Shown here in pieces: positions 9,350 to 9,534 of a DNA stretch of 9,534 nt. A program made the position numbers and the translations under genes. The stretch is from NCBI GenBank assembly GCA_965644295.1, contig CBFFRP010000468.1:1-9534 (forward strand), written 5' to 3'. The stretch is from Paraphysomonas bandaiensis (Eukaryota; Protista; Chrysophyceae). How positions within the stretch are numbered: the stretch's first letter is position 1; every line of letters starts with the position of its first letter. Below the pieces are notes generated by a model. The model worked only from the letters and a program-made list of their open reading frames with translations, was not told where the DNA came from and made no database searches.

Positions 9350-9355
9350 AATAAA
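9350..9355 (+). promoter_or_regulatory. Candidate polyadenylation signal AATAAA for NASP
   Basis: AATAAA ~220 nt after the stop, followed by T-rich sequence. A second AATAAA overlaps the stop codon (9127-9132). Use of this signal in this organism is unknown. Confidence 0.25.
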
Positions 9356-9534
9356 CTTAAGTTTGCTTTCTATTCTCGGAAGTCATATACCGTGCTATCA
9401 TCATTTAATATCTACTGCATATGCTCGTCCATAACTACTTTCCCACATTAGTACTATAGTCTATGGTATATACGTATATATCCACTAGCCAATTTCGCAT
9501 TATACATCAAACAGTCATGTATTAGCACATTATA

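Noticed and set aside
9132-9534. Possible extra exon/neighbouring gene end and 12-bp palindrome AAACTTAAGTTT (9353-9364)
   Set aside because: No ORF or recognisable motif, and a short AT-rich palindrome is expected by chance.

Overview
Eukaryotic (intron-rich, probably protist; stramenopile-like is only a guess) genomic window with two complete spliced genes arranged head-to-head around an 886-bp repeat-rich intergenic region. Minus strand: a 15-exon long-chain acyl-CoA synthetase (AMP-binding family, 654 aa, probable mitochondrial presequence), 326-3860. Plus strand: an 11-coding-exon NASP/Sim3/Hif1-type SHNi-TPR histone chaperone (343 aa), 4747-9131, whose second intron (2429 bp, versus 47-193 bp for the other 23 CDS introns) is filled by a ~43-bp minisatellite with higher-order structure. 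Both gene models were reconstructed by hand with GT-AG boundaries and a continuous frame. Most ORFs in the supplied track are artefacts of repeats or antisense/intron read-through. I find no evidence of a novel multi-gene system. The most unusual signals are architectural: a promoter-centred AT-rich, strand-skewed, repeat-generating domain, an intron-free AT-rich first exon in an otherwise intron-dense gene, and a splice-signal-free intronic satellite.
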